Counted from the first letter of the whole stretch, positions 1 through 12,955 are shown. The stretch is 63,801 bases of DNA, filler included, from Olpidium bornovanus S191 (GCA_017911155.1; 25 parts of 25 records of this genome joined end to end with filler, not necessarily neighbours in it); one strand, 5' to 3'. The notes: generated from the letters alone by a model not told the origin. Numbers and translations: made by a program.

Positions 1-849
1 CATGGTTCTGTCTCACCCCTCCATAGTTCTTGCCCGTCGTCTTGTCGCCGCCGCATCTGCCGACGGTTCCTCTCTCTCCGCCACGGCTCCGTCCTTTCCC
101 GTCGTTCTGTCTGTTTTTTTTTCTTTTTTTTCATCTTTTTCGATCAGATACTGATATAATTACAAATATTACAGCACCAATGATTCTAGATTTTTTCGCG
201 CAAAAAAAAACCGTTGAAGGCCACGCAGGTCTCCAATCCACCTTTTGACACATATGCTGCTATTGCTACTCCACACACGCTGGCGATTGTTCTACGAAGC
301 GAGCGCGAGAATAGAAGAGAAGATTTCGAGGCAACGCAGGAGGAGAACGCTAGGAGGACGAAGTCGCATCTTTTCCACGGGGCAGCTGCGTACGGGGGCC
401 CTCCAAAACGGGGTCTGCATCTCTGCCAATCACGTTACCCATACTGTTTGTCACGAGTGATCTGCCGTTCGACTCGTGCTCCGGTAGCTGCCGAGTCAGC
501 TTTCTCCAGTGCAGCCTGCAGGTCAATATCTGCGACCTCCCTGTTCTCCTCGGTAGGCTGTGGGTAATTTCCATCGAACTCTTTCCCGAAGCCTGCGACC
601 TTCCTCGTCCTCCTCCTAAATGTCGTGCAGTCCGATGAGAAAATAATGCAGGATCATTACTCCGTATATAACGTTCACCGTCAATTCAAGGTTACACGAA
701 GGAAGGGAACTGTTAATAGTATCTTCGTTATCTCTTGTTCTTACGCGTGTTCTTGGTCAGAACCCCATGATGTTTGTACTGTACCCTATAACGCGTAAAA
801 TCCCTTCTGAATAAAGGAGCCGCTCCGCCGCGGCGAAACCTCTCAAACA

Positions 850-861
850 GGTTATGAGGCC
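850..861 (+). promoter_or_regulatory. Possible copia primer-binding site (half tRNAi-Met type) after an LTR-like ...AACA end
   Basis: CAAACA|GGTTATGAGGCC, one mismatch to GGTTATGAGCCC. TATATAA (~665) and AATAAA (~810) lie upstream, and a copia RNase H remnant lies 170 bp downstream. Confidence 0.45.
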
Positions 862-1029
862 AAACGGACTCTGACGGGAGCCAAACGGACTCTGAACCCC
901 GTCGCCGCCGCCGCCGCCGCTTCGGCTCCGCTCGCTTCGGCTTCGCCATCGGCACCCGCAGCTTTTCGGCTTCGCCCCGGCTTCATGATCGTCATGATTA
1001 TCAAATCACTGTTAACCGTAAACCCGTAA

Positions 1030-1161
1030 ATCACCATCGTCCATGTCCCATCAGCCGACAATTTCGCGGACGGTTTCACCAAGCCCCTCCGCACTATCCA
1101 ATTCACCGAATGGCGTGCGCATACCAACGTTGTCAATGTCCTGGTTACTGCCAGTCATTAA
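1030..1161 (+). mobile_element. Ty1/copia RNase H C-terminal remnant
   Basis: Translates to ITIVHVPSADNFADGFTKPLRTIQFTEWRAHTNVV (copia V-P-x-x-x-N-x-A-D-x-x-T-K-P-L motif). PPT-like GAGGGGGGG at 1437-1445. Confidence 0.75.
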
Positions 1162-3110
1162 TCATACAAGTACTGCCTTGCCCCTTTCCGTGTCACTGTT
1201 GTGGTTAATCGTGCACTTCAAAGTTTCCTGCTCCCATCAATCAACAGGGCGTACGTGTGGGATGGGGCATGGCATCGACATCAGCGAGCAACCAATTTAA
1301 CAGATATGACGACCACTCACTTTACATCACCGAATTTTACTTCATTTTGCTTTGATTTTTCACTTTTTCTTTTACTTTTCTAAACTACTCTGACGTTCCC
1401 TCTCTTCACCTCACTTACATTGCCCATGTTACGTTCGAGGGGGGGCGCCGATGTACGAGTCATGTGATCCGTAGTTTACATTTACTTTTGCTCTGCCGGC
1501 GCCGCCAACAGACCTACCGAACCTCCTTTAAACCGAACAGAAAATAAAAAGAACCATACCTGTTCCTCAGTTACAGTGTCCTTGTTGGTCTTCAGACGAA
1601 CCAGAGGCGGTCTCTGACTGAGACTGAAGCACGAAGTGCAAGAACTGCGGGCATCTTTCCATCTCATCAAGGGTGTACGGACCATGAATGAACACGTGCC
1701 TTGAGCTCTCCATTATCTTTCCCACGGTCTCTCCCACAGTGCAAGCAGCTCGGGGACGGTGCTCCCCGTCCTCGGGCCCTTACCCCTCTTCCCGCCTTCC
1801 CCTGAGGCCCCCCCTTCCCCCTTTTCAAGGTGGCCAATCACCGTCCGTCCTCGTTAGAAGCTGTCTGACCAGGTGTTAAGCTTCCTTCTGGCCGTTCTCC
1901 GTCAGTTGCACGATTACCAAGTGTGATCTGGCAGGCCAAACAGCGCCATTGACGCAGTGCGTTCAGGTTTGGCAACGGTTTCAGGTGGAACGGCGCCATT
2001 CCCCGGCAGTGCGTTTAGCCCTACTGGCCGCGTTCGCAACACCCCGCAAAACAAAGGCGGCGGTTCCCGACAACAGTTTGCCGGCGGCGAAAGAACCCCC
2101 TTCACCGCTTCCACTCTCCCGACCGCGGGCGGATTTGCAGGCCCAGGTGGGGAAAAAACGCATATATGTACAAAAACCATATCGGTACAGGGGGTCTGCC
2201 GGAGGAGGGAAAGGAAGTGGCGGAATTTTCTGTTTCTGACAAAACGCGATGACATTTCCCGGGAACCGTGCACGGCACGGCGTGACTTGGACGTTGATAA
2301 TAAACCCCCCCTCTCTCTCTCTCTCTCATGGCAAGTGGGTGGCGGCGCGCCGTGATGAACGCTTCGCTAACCTCTCGCAGGTCGCGAGGTTGGGGCGAAA
2401 TGGACCGCCCGAAGAAAACGCTTTGAATGTCGAAAGATTTTACTAGACACACACATGATATTATCCAGTAGATAGAGATTTAAATAATATCGCATTACAA
2501 TAAATAATAAATACATTAATAATTATAAAGATGAGGGAGAGGGGGTGGGGCCGGGGAAAGGGTTCTGAGGGAATTACTTAAAAGGGAACCCACCCGGACG
2601 CTGAGGGAGGAGAGGGGAGAGTTCGAGTGGGAGGGGCGGGGGCGGGGCGTTCCACCGGGCGAGCAGGTCGCCCTGTCTTAGAGGAGGAACGGGGGAGGGG
2701 TCGCTCGTTGGAATCGGTACTGGGCAGCGAGGTTTTCTTCAGAAGGTGCACGGGGCGCACTACACGAGACGAGCCGTGGACGAGGCAGGATTGTGTGGCA
2801 GGCGTTATGAAGCTATACTCGCCTTTTGTAGCAACGATCTGCAAAGCGGGATTGCAAACAGGGCAGCGATACAGGGGTTGATGCGCGCAGTACGTTCGGG
2901 CCTTTGTTCCAGCCTCCCCCTTCACAACATCGCGCACTGTCGTTTCGCGGCTGGATTCCCCATTTTGTCGTTTGGCTGGACCTCACCTGATGGTTTCACC
3001 TGCGGACCTGGCTCGAAGCGGGATGTGCCCCGCGTGATCTGCCGGAGCGGACGGTGGGACGCGGCAACACCGATCGCGGGAAAACCAAAAAAAAAAAAAA
3101 AAAAAAAAAA

Positions 3111-3210
3111 NNNNNNNNNNNNNNNNNNNNNNNNNNNNNNNNNNNNNNNNNNNNTTAATTAATTAANNNNNNNNNNNNNNNNNNNNNNNNNNNNNNNNNN
3201 NNNNNNNNNN
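3111..3210. other. Artificial contig linker (first of 24)
   Basis: 44 N + TTAATTAATTAA (stops in all six frames) + 44 N. Identical 100-bp linkers start at 3111, 4433, 8284, 12060, 13433, 14923, 16752, 18709, 21258, 24502, 31880, 33170, 35465, 37576, 42925, 45454, 46610, 48135, 51488, 53074, 54791, 56849, 60785 and 62511. Confidence 0.99.
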
Positions 3211-3477
3211 CCCCCCCCGTGCTTTTTTTTTTTTTTTTGCCCCCGCCGTCGGCCGCTCGGGAGCGCTCCCCCCCCCCCCCCCGCTCCTCCCACCCGCCTC
3301 AACCCCCTCCGCCCCCCTTCGCGTTCTGACAATATATCTCGTTTTGCTCTTCACCGCCGTCGGATTCGCGCGGGAACTCGTTCCACCCGCCTACTTCTCC
3401 CTCGTTGCAACCCTTCCGTCGAATCCCCGCCCCCCCCAATTCGGCGAATTCGGCAAACGCGGGACACCCGGCGGGAG

Positions 3478-3985
3478 CAAAGTCCGGGAAATGCCTCCGC
3501 AAGATCGAAGGCCATTTCGACGAGGTTTCCTGCATGGCGGCCGCGGGAGGGACGCTGTTCACGGCATCCCTCGACGGCACGCTGCGACGGTGGCGCATAC
3601 AAGGTGCCGCCGCCGGATGTTGTTTACCCGCGCACAAAATTCCAGTTTTGACGCTCTCGGTCGTTCAAGCCCCTGCTCAAGCGTTCCGCTTTTTTTTTTT
3701 TTTTTTTGTTTTTTTCCCCGGGTTCCCGGCGACTGGCTGCTGGGTATTCTAACTTTGTTTTTTTGGGGGGGGGTTTTTTTTTCGTCGCGGGAAACGTCCT
3801 CGGGTTTTACTACGCGCGGCCCCGTTCTCCTGTCAGACATCGCCGAGCAGCGAGAGCTCGAGGCGTCGGCGGCGGCAAAGAAGGCTCCGCAGAGCGTGAA
3901 GCCGCGGGGAGCAGCAGCAGCATCAGCAGCAGCAATGACGGCCGAAGAGGAGGCGGAGCTTGCGGAGCTCATGGAGGAGGAATAG
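3478..3985 (+). CDS. WD40-repeat protein, C-terminal fragment (exons ~3478-3603, 3837-3985)
   Basis: KSGKCLRKIEGHFDEVSCMAAAGGTLFTASLDGTLRRWRI is a WD40 repeat. The GT-AG intron 3604-3836 joins in frame to an acidic tail ending MTAEEEAELAELMEEE*. Confidence 0.85.
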
Positions 3986-4363
3986 CGGAGGGCGGTTCGT
4001 CCATCTCTGCCTGCGCGGGGCGACTCGGGAGAAGGAAAAGAGCCGTTTTGCCGTTGACAGGAACGGAAAAAAAAAAAAAAAAAAAGAGAAAGCGAAGCGA
4101 AAAAAAAAGTAAAACACACCCCCGGCTGGCGTGTGTGTGTGTGGGGGGGGTTCGCGCCGAGAGACAGGGCGGGGTTGAGGCGCTCCGCGACGTGTCGTCC
4201 GGCTTCGGCCGGTCCCGCCGATCGCGCTGAAAAGAGCGAGAGGGGGCCCCGCCCCCGGAACCGCGAACGAAAACTAACGTAAAAGAAGTTTTTTTTTTGT
4301 TTATAAACCTTGCCGATCACGGATGTGACAAACCGAGGCTCGATCGGGGCGAGGAAAATTCGG

Positions 4364-4398
<35 letters not shown>

Positions 4399-4532
4399 GG
4401 TTTGGCCCGGGGCGGGGGGAGGGGGCGCGCCCNNNNNNNNNNNNNNNNNNNNNNNNNNNNNNNNNNNNNNNNNNNNTTAATTAATTAANNNNNNNNNNNN
4501 NNNNNNNNNNNNNNNNNNNNNNNNNNNNNNNN

Positions 4533-6529
4533 CATGAGATCACACCGCGGCAGCCTTCCAGCACTTTGGCGTGCAACGGTCTGACTCTGGAAGAGATTAT
4601 CAATGGAATGGAGTGGCATTTTTGCGAAGACACCGCTGCCCTGCAGAGACTGATCCCAGACGGGAGCTGGAAGGTAAGCAGAGCGACTTAATTTCTTGGT
4701 GCGGAAACTGCTGCCAAATGGCCGCCGGCCACCGTTGAATTGGACTGTTCAACTGATTATTTTGTCGTGCCCACAGACTGCCGTCCACGCTGTCTTGAAT
4801 AGCGCCCGCGAAATTATTCGTATTCCAGTAGAAGAAGGTGGCTTGCGTAGCATACGGTACCGGCCAAATGCGGAAACCGATTTGACGTGGTGTACCGCCC
4901 CCGGTCGTCCCATTCCTGACTCTGAAACTGCCGGCCCGCCATCGCAAACCTTCCGGGTGACCTCTCCGGCTGCGCATGCGCCCGGCGTGCTGGAGTTCAT
5001 GATACCCAAAATCTGGGCTGAAGCGAATGAATTAGCAGCTTTAGTTTCCGGCAATGCGCTCGCCGGCGAACGTGGCATGGATGGAGTGCTGAAAGCGGAG
5101 CAAGGGTGTGCGGAAACGAAAGCCGGCTCAATCCCACCCAGCAAGCGGGAACAGCCGAGTGCGCTCCCGGCTCTGACCACAGCCTCGATCCGCGCGGGCG
5201 AGCGGGAGGTAGGTGCGACTTGTTGGGTATGGGGTAGGCACCTCATATCCGTCGCATAACAAACTGCGCGTTGCCTAGGCAACTGCTGCTCAAGAGCAGC
5301 GACCTGCAACCGAGGTTTCAGGCGCGCAGAGTCTTGCGATTCTACCGCCGACAATTGGAGTTCTCGAGCATGTGCGTTTCCCGTTCTTTTGCCCAGCTTT
5401 GAACACGTTAGCATGTAGCTGTGATTATAACGCTTCTGATGGTCGAACGCAGGTTCCCGTAAACTCTAAAGCGCGAGACCAACCAGGTGGCGGCCAAAAA
5501 GCCAGCGACACCGAGGCGGCTTCTCTACACGCAATCGATTGGGGGAGGCGCCCAGCAGTTAGCGGCATCGAGATGATGGATACGACGGGCGAACGCGCTG
5601 CTATCGAAAAATATATCATGGAACTCGGGGAACAGCGCTGCTCAAAAGGAGAATCAGGTTCTACCGGACGCCCTGCACAAAGGTGCGGTGTCGCAGCGAG
5701 TACCGAAAGGGAGACGCCGAATTTTCAGGATGTAAGCGTCGAGCCCAATGACCGCGCCATGGCGTCCCGCTATGATACTGAAGCCGTACTCGCGGGAGGC
5801 GTTGACGATGCGGCCGAGAAGGAGGCTGCGCGAGATTCGCAAAGTACCGTGCCGTCCACGGCTGACGCACCCGCCGACGAGCACGCTCTACCGTTTTCTT
5901 CTTATTCTTTGCCCAACGAAGCGAAGGCGAAAACCCGCAAAGAATTTGAAGACACTTTGGAGGAGCTGAGCCGGACCCTATCTGCGGCGAAGGCCGAGGA
6001 GGGCGCGGCCGAAGCGGAGGTGGCATTGCTCTTAGAGTCGCTCAAGGTTTACAAGGAGCGCCAAAGTTTCCTTTCAGGATGGCTAGCGACGCGGACGAAA
6101 AAGACCGCCGCCGCCGCGCGCGCGACGGCGGCTGCCTTCGACGCCTGGTCGGCCAACCCGGCCTCGAAAGACGCGCTGGAACTGCTGTGGACGTGCATCA
6201 GCGTCATCTGCAACCTTGCGCGCGTGGAAATCGTTCTGCCGGAAGGCGAGCAGCGCAGTCCGGGAGACGCGCCCCCGGCGAACAACAAGGCGGGCGACAA
6301 CGAAAACGCGGCGCCGCCCTCCGCGGCGGCGGACCACGGGCAGCAAGCGGGCTCGAGTTCTGCGCAGCCGCCGGCAGAAGCCGCCTGCGGCAAAAATCAC
6401 TGCCAGCTGCGAGACCGGCGGCCCGTCGCTTTCGCCAGGCTCAAGAAATCCCGAGGGGCCGGGACCGCGCAAGCGGACATCGGGGATTTGTCCTCCCGCT
6501 CTAGCAAGCGCCGGGCCGTCGGACGCTAA
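4533..6529 (+). CDS. Hypothetical protein, 5'-partial (exons 4533-4673, 4777-5208, 5279-5371, 5453-6529), coiled-coil near C-terminus
   Basis: Four exons linked in frame by GT-AG introns (donors GTAAGC, GTAGGT, GTGCGT). The last exon is an open frame of about 358 aa. Confidence 0.75.
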
Positions 6530-7526
6530 ACGGGGCACCGGCCCGAGCTGTAAAACTGCTCGGAGGAAACGCGGCCTGCGGACGCAGAAAAGTTGTGTCC
6601 CCCCGCCCCCCCCCCCCATTCCGTTCTCGATCATGTTAAGATTTTTTTCGCTTGCTTGGCGCCCGCACCGGAAACTCTATGGTTCTTATAGACGACCGGG
6701 CACATTCTGCGCAGAAAAGCATTGTTCGGGAAGTTTTTTGGGGTTTGACTTTTGAGTTTTTTTTTTTGCGAGTTGCGAGTGTCTCAATTGTATTCAATCG
6801 GGCGTTCACCCACATCGTCACCTTGCTACGAAAGACAGCCCGGAGGGGGTGCGCAATTGTAAGGTGTCGACCAAGTGTCCAAGCTCGCTTCCGGCTCGAG
6901 AATGCAGCAGGCTTACAGGCCAATCAGCAAAAAAAAAAAAAAAAAAAAAACATATCTGCTTCAACTCCGGGATATTTGTTTCCTCAGAGATAGCGGCAGG
7001 GTCACCCCAGATGTTTCAGTTGGAAAAAGTAAAGGTCACGGTCAAAAGGCATTTTTTTATTTTTTTTTTTTCGCGGCTGCCGGTGTAGCGACGCAGCAGA
7101 GCGGATGCGGCGGCCGCATGGGGCGAACGCGAAAACGAGGGTCGCCGCCGCGGGCCGCGCGCCGCCCGAAGCCCCGCGGGAGCAGTGAATCGCGACGGCG
7201 GTTTTAACGCGCGGCCGGGACCGACGGGGCCGTCGTGACGGAGGACGTGGAAAGAGGATCGAGGGAAACCGGACGACGGAGAGGATTTTTTTGTGCTGCC
7301 GGCGCCGAAGCGGACGATGACGGGGAGCTCATCTATCATGATCTTCCCCCCCCCCCTCCCTTACACTCCCCACCGTCGCCGCCAACCACGGGGAGTTATC
7401 TGATGACCAGCAAAAGCCGGGCGATTAGCGTGCGCCGGGGTTCGTTTGTTGCCGGGAAGGGGAAGGCTGACCGCAGTGCTGGTTCGAGAATTTCTTCGGC
7501 AGCGCTCAGATCGAGTGGGAGTGTGG

Positions 7527-7760
7527 TGTGTGTGTGTGTGTGTGTGTGTGCGCGTGTGTGTGTGTGACCGGTGGAGATAAGTGGCAGCGAGAGAGAGAGA
7601 GAAGAGAGCGAACGAGAGAACGAGAGAACGAGAGAACGAGAGAACGAGAGAACGAGAGAACGAGAGAACGAGAGAACGAGAGAACGAGAGAACGAGAGAA
7701 CGAGAGAACGAGAGAGAAGAGAGAGAAGAGAGAGAAGAGAGAGAAGAGAGAGAAGAGAGA
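7527..7760. repeat. Compound microsatellite: (GT)n, (GA)n, (CGAGAGAA)n, (GAGAGAGAA)n
   Basis: Directly visible tandem units. Confidence 0.95.
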
Positions 7761-7950
7761 CACACAGCACGTGAGAAGACGGCGAACCGACCTCTACATA
7801 GGAACAAACTCTCTGCGGGGACGAGCGTGAAAGGGGGAAACGGGGGAGGAGGAAGGGGAAAAGGGGTGGTGGGCAGGGAAAGGGGGAAGGGGGTAAGGGG
7901 AAGAGGAAGGGGAAGCGGCGGGACGGGAGGAGGAGGAGACGCACGCGGAG

Positions 7951-7984
<34 letters not shown>

Positions 7985-8385
7985 CGGGGAAGAAGGGGAA
8001 AAAGGGGAAGAACGGGAAAAAGGGGAAGGGGGGGAAGAAGGGGAAGAAGGGGAAGTGGAGGGGAAGTGGAGGGGAAGTGGAGGGGAAGTGAAGGGGGTGG
8101 AAAGGCAGGCCGGGGCTCCCCTGGCAACCCCTTACCCCTTGAATCCGCCATTAATCAGCCCCCTTATCTTCCCCCCCCCCCCCCCCTTTCCCCCCCCAAA
8201 CTCTCTCTTATTTTCCTTCTATTTTTCCCCCTTGACGACTCCCTGCCGCCCCCGTCCCCCTCCCGACCCCTTTTTCACCTTCCNNNNNNNNNNNNNNNNN
8301 NNNNNNNNNNNNNNNNNNNNNNNNNNNTTAATTAATTAANNNNNNNNNNNNNNNNNNNNNNNNNNNNNNNNNNNNNNNNNNNNCC

Positions 8386-9634
8386 ATGGAGCACCAGGCG
8401 CCACATCTGCATTCGAGCATCGGCAACTTGGCGATGGGTGGCTTGCACGCCGGCTGCGACTCGGTTGAACACTATTTTGCCCAACCGAGTTACGCTGACG
8501 TGCAGTATACGAATACCTCCGCAGCTGCTGCGCAGCCTGCGCCTTCGATTACAACCACGTCCGCGGCAACGGACTTCGCCGCTATAGCCGTACCGACATC
8601 CGCCACAATCCCTGTTGTCAAAGAGGACCCGCAGCAAAATCCACAAGAGCCATACGAACGCCCCGTGACCGGCGTGCCTGCGGAGACATTTGACACGTCG
8701 GAGTGGAGCGACAAGAGCGTAAAGCCCCCCTTTTCCTACGCGTCGCTCATCGCCCAGGCGATCAGCTTATCGCCGAACAAGAGGCTCACCCTCAATGGCA
8801 TATACAACTACATCACCACGCATTATCCCTACTACCAGGTCGCGCCCAGCGGGTGGCAGGTGGGTTCTCCAGATCTATATTATTTGAAAGAAACCGTTAC
8901 ACACGATCTATCGACTAGGGGAGATCCTTATCGGAAACCTTTTGGTTTTGTACGTGTAGAACTCTATCCGACACAACCTCTCACTGAACAAAGCTTTCAT
9001 CAAGGTGCCGCGGGGAGACGACGAGCGGGGCAAGGGGGCGTTCTGGACTCTTGACCCGAACTGCGAGGGTCAGTTTCGTAACGGCGTCTACCGGAAGTGC
9101 AGGAAGCCTGTCAACTCCGGCGGCGGAACGAAATCGGTGGGTGGCCCATCCCGGGTCAAGAGCATTGGCTCGTCGGAAGTCGCCACGCCGTACGAGGCGG
9201 GAGGCGATAAGCTGGCAAAAAGGAAGAAAGGCAAGAATGTGCCCGCCGGCGCACCCGCGACCGCAGTCGTTGCGGCTGCAGCTACCGCTAGCGCGGCGGC
9301 CATGCCTTCAACGGCTGGTTCACCGACGCCGACAGCTTCTTCGGCCGTTGCCGCTGCCTCAGCGCCTGTGCCTCGTGTAGCGAGCCCAGCTCGCTGTTTC
9401 GAACCGGCGGCGTGTCTCGAACCGGCGGCGCTGGCCGCTTTCCCGGTCTCACCTCAAGTTACGCCATCAGAATCGGGCCGGCCGGCTACGCAGAGCCCGC
9501 ATACCCAGGTCTCCCCAGCACCGGAGCAGTTGCGGAACCCCTCGCCGTTGGATCATCTTGTGTCCGCGGCACAGTCGTCGCCACTCTCTCCCCCCGACTC
9601 GGAACGGCAGAGAAGGGAGTCTTCAGGTTGCTGA
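8386..9634 (+). CDS. Forkhead transcription factor, Fkh1/Fkh2-like, probably 5'-partial (exons 8386-8859, 8960-9634)
   Basis: [38 protein letters not shown]...GWQ|[18 protein letters not shown]...[11 protein letters not shown] 100-bp GT-AG intron (8860-8959) splits the WQ|NS motif. Confidence 0.95.
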
Positions 9635-11225
9635 CCATGCTGTGCATGAGGGGCCTTGTCTTTAGCAAGTTTTAAGCCCCTCCGTTCTAATTTCTTTATT
9701 TGGTCTCCGCTTTCTCTGCCTTCCGCCTTCTACTTTTGCTCTTTTGCCTGCAGCAGCCTTTATGTGCTCTAGCCCTTCCCGTCTCCGTATGGTTTCTCCC
9801 TTTCCTATTCGGTACGGCTTGACTTTGTTCATAAGCGCGAGACCAAAGTAAATGACGGCGCGTTCCCACACAAATTCAGGTCTCCGAATATTTTTTTTTT
9901 TTTTTTTTTGCCTCCCAAATATTTGGGGGAAACTTCCCTAGAGCTAGGCCGCAGGTGATTTTTTTTTTTTTTTTGCTTTCGTCTTTGCTTTCATCCCGTT
10001 CTCTTTCCCGTTCTTCACTCCGCCGTTGTATGTCACCCCAATTCCCCGTCCGCTGCTACCCCGCTGGAAGGCGTGCCCAATTTCTCCCCGACGACTGCGC
10101 ATGTTCGCGCGTCGCTTCGGTGCGGAGACTCGTTGCCCTGGCCCGCTTAAGCCCGTGAACTCACTGCCTCCAGTGGGGTGAGAAGCGCGGCTCTCTAAAA
10201 ATATATCCGGGATTATGGCAGCCAGATGTCAAATTTGATATCTGTTGTCACGATCGTTGTGACTTGGCCTGATGTCGCAATGAAGTCTCCGTGGGGAGAG
10301 AAACAAGAGCCCAACGCCCCCTGCTTCATAAGCCGCCTAACTTGGCACCACCCTGTACCTGGCCCTCTTCCCACAACCACGGACGGCAAACACGCAACCT
10401 TTTGGGCCGTTCTAAACCGTGGAGCACGAGGCGTTGTAGTCAACAGGATGCGGTGCTCTCAGTCCCTGCGTCCCCACGAAACCGGCCCCTGCCTTGCCTC
10501 CCCGTCCGTTGCCAAGGGGTGGCAACTTCTATTTTCTCCTTCCACGGACCGCCGGCCTAGTGGTGACGAAGAAACGGGCTGAACGTTTTCCCCTAGAGTA
10601 GCGTTCTTGTGAGTATTCCGTAAGATGCTTCCGTTCGATTTTTCCTCCCTTTCATAGTTATTGGGCCGAATCGCGCTGGCCAGATCTGAACTGAGCGTCC
10701 CTGAAGGAACCTGACGGCAGGATAAACAGCAGCTGTTCAGGTCGACGCACTGCCGTTCCTCGATGGTCCCTCCTGAGTCCTCCTGTCAGGGGTTCCCACA
10801 GCCAGTCCCACAGCTGTGGTGGCGACCACCGCACAGGGAAGCACCCTCCCTTCCCGCAACTCCACGCAACTCCAAGCAACTGTAAATTCAACGATTCACA
10901 ACGTTGTGCAACGGAATCGGAAACGTCTTGTTCACTATCGAAGCGAAAGAAGCCAGCTCCGGCAACTTGCACAGCGACACCGAACATAGCCCTGCCAATT
11001 GCGGGCGTAACCTGTTTAGTTGCTGCCGTCGCGCTTCTGGCTACCAGTGCCCTCGCGGCCGGAGCAACTGCGATTCTTGGCACCGCTAGTGTGGAGATTG
11101 GCGAAATAGCTGCAGCCCTCGGTCTCCACTAGCAATTGCGAGACGCTGAGCCATCGGAGAACCGGCGGGAAGATGGAACACTTGCATGCCCGGGGGGGGC
11201 CTCGGGAATATTGTTTGCGGGGGGG

Positions 11226-11440
11226 AGCCCGTGGGTTCTGGATTCCGCTTGGACTACTGTTTGCCACGGGAGCTCGTGGGTTCCAGATTCCTTTGATAAC
11301 CGTTTGCCACGGAAGCCCGTGGGTTCCGGATCCCACTTGGATTTCTTGTTTTGCACGGTGGACCCCCCCGGGTTCCGGATTCTTTTTGGCGGTTTACCAA
11401 GGGTTCGGCTGGGGTTCCGGGTTCTACTTCCGCCGGACCC
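11226..11440. repeat. Degenerate ~43-46 bp tandem repeat, 4-5 units
   Basis: Units of the form AGCCCGTGGGTTCYGGATTCC-(variable)-GTTTGCCACGG at 11226, 11271, 11314 and 11360, plus a partial unit after 11404. Confidence 0.85.
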
Positions 11441-12159
11441 GAATACTTTGTAGGATGAGGGTCGTGTTGCGACGGAAAGCCGCTTACGGCGGGAGTCGCG
11501 CGTGGTCGGCCGATGACTCTTTGCACAAGCAGCCGCGGCCGGCAAGCCTTTCCTAAGTCTAGCGTTTCACGGTGGGACTTTAAACTATGCAGTCTAAATG
11601 TTTTCAAACACTTCCTGCAAGCCACTTTTGCTTGTGGGCCGCTTGAGGGGTGCTCCTGGTGCCCAGATCCAAATCCAAATCCAAATCCAAAGCCGGAAAG
11701 TGTCTCAGACACAACGACGGTAACTTTTTTTTACCAAATGTCCCGTTCGACAGAAAAAGGAACGGTGTGACAGTTGTTTTGTGAAACTTAGGCAGTGGAA
11801 CTCACCTCGTAGGAGACATATTGAACTCCTACAACAGCACAAGCGGGTAACGGCGTGTCGGGACACATAGGGCGTGTTGGGTGTGAGGACCAGACGGTTT
11901 GAGCTCCAAATTTACTGTCCAACAGTGTCGGTGTAGGACATGTTGGACAGTCGCACCGGGAGATTCTATGGGGGACCCGCCCGCTCGAGGTCGTATCAGA
12001 GACGAATTTCACCATACCGGCTGCGGTAGGTTCCTCTCGAAATTGCTTCAGCGTTCGAGNNNNNNNNNNNNNNNNNNNNNNNNNNNNNNNNNNNNNNNNN
12101 NNNTTAATTAATTAANNNNNNNNNNNNNNNNNNNNNNNNNNNNNNNNNNNNNNNNNNNN

Positions 12160-12505
12160 CATGAAAGACAGCGCCGGCGTTGACACGTCGTCCCCCGACG
12201 GGAAAGACCTGCGGAAGGTCCTCCTGTAAGTTTCTTATTATCATTATTATTATTATTTCATATCTTTTTTTCCTCCCTAATTTTTCCGTTTAACAAGAGA
12301 CGTCTGCGACAGCTGGCTGGCCGTCGCCCGCCGCCTCTTGGACCAGGACCAGCAGAGTGTCGCGAAGGCGCCCGAAGAGCCTGCGCCCGCACCGCCTTTT
12401 GTCGAGCCTGTCACTTCGGTGAGAGGCGATGTTCCGGACGCGCTGTCCACCGATCTCCTCGCCGCAACAGAAACTGCGAACCTGGCGAGCGCGCCCGTGC
12501 GATGA
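12160..12505 (+). CDS. Hypothetical protein, C-terminal fragment (exons 12160-12225, 12298-12505)
   Basis: GTAAGT donor and CAAG acceptor give the in-frame product ...SPDGKDLRKVLL|DVCDSWLAVARRLL...APVR*. Confidence 0.6.
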
Positions 12506-12955
12506 CGTCGCCGGTGGCACACAATTCGCCCTCAGTTCCGCGTCGGACTGCGCGGTCCAGCCACAGTTACTTGCTGTCGCGTCGTGTCCCCTTAATACGC
12601 GCCATATGGGAAAACCGTGCCATCCCTGATACTCCGAAGTCTGAAAGGTGGGGCGCGTTATTATTATTATTATTATTATTATTATCATCATCATCATCAT
12701 CATCCAGCCACCTGGGTTTTGGTATGGGAGGTGAGATGGAGTAAGGCCACCCTATGATCCAGAATATGACAACACGATCGTCTGTTTTGGCGGGCCAGGG
12801 AGGAAAAAAAAAAATCAACGGGGAATAGCTTACACGCGGAAGCGGTAAAGGTGCCAAGCGGTAAAGGTTGGCAGAAGGACGAGACAGGCGTGGAGAACCA
12901 CGCATCCCATCCAAGCACCAACCGTCAAGAAAAACGTTCCCGTACCAACGCTCAT

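Noticed and set aside
620-1750. Intact TRIM with paired LTRs
   Set aside because: No recognisable similarity between the sequence before the PBS and after the PPT.
3155-3166. Recurrent TTAATTAATTAA palindrome (PacI-like) as a biological motif
   Set aside because: Always centred in identical N-padding; it is an assembly linker.
8860-9054. Tail of ORF 8386-9054 (VGSPDLYYL...) as protein
   Set aside because: It reads through a GT-AG intron; splicing restores the forkhead motif WQNSIRHNL.
11226-11440. CRISPR array
   Set aside because: Variable parts are only about 8-10 nt, the repeats are degenerate, the context is eukaryotic and there are no cas genes.
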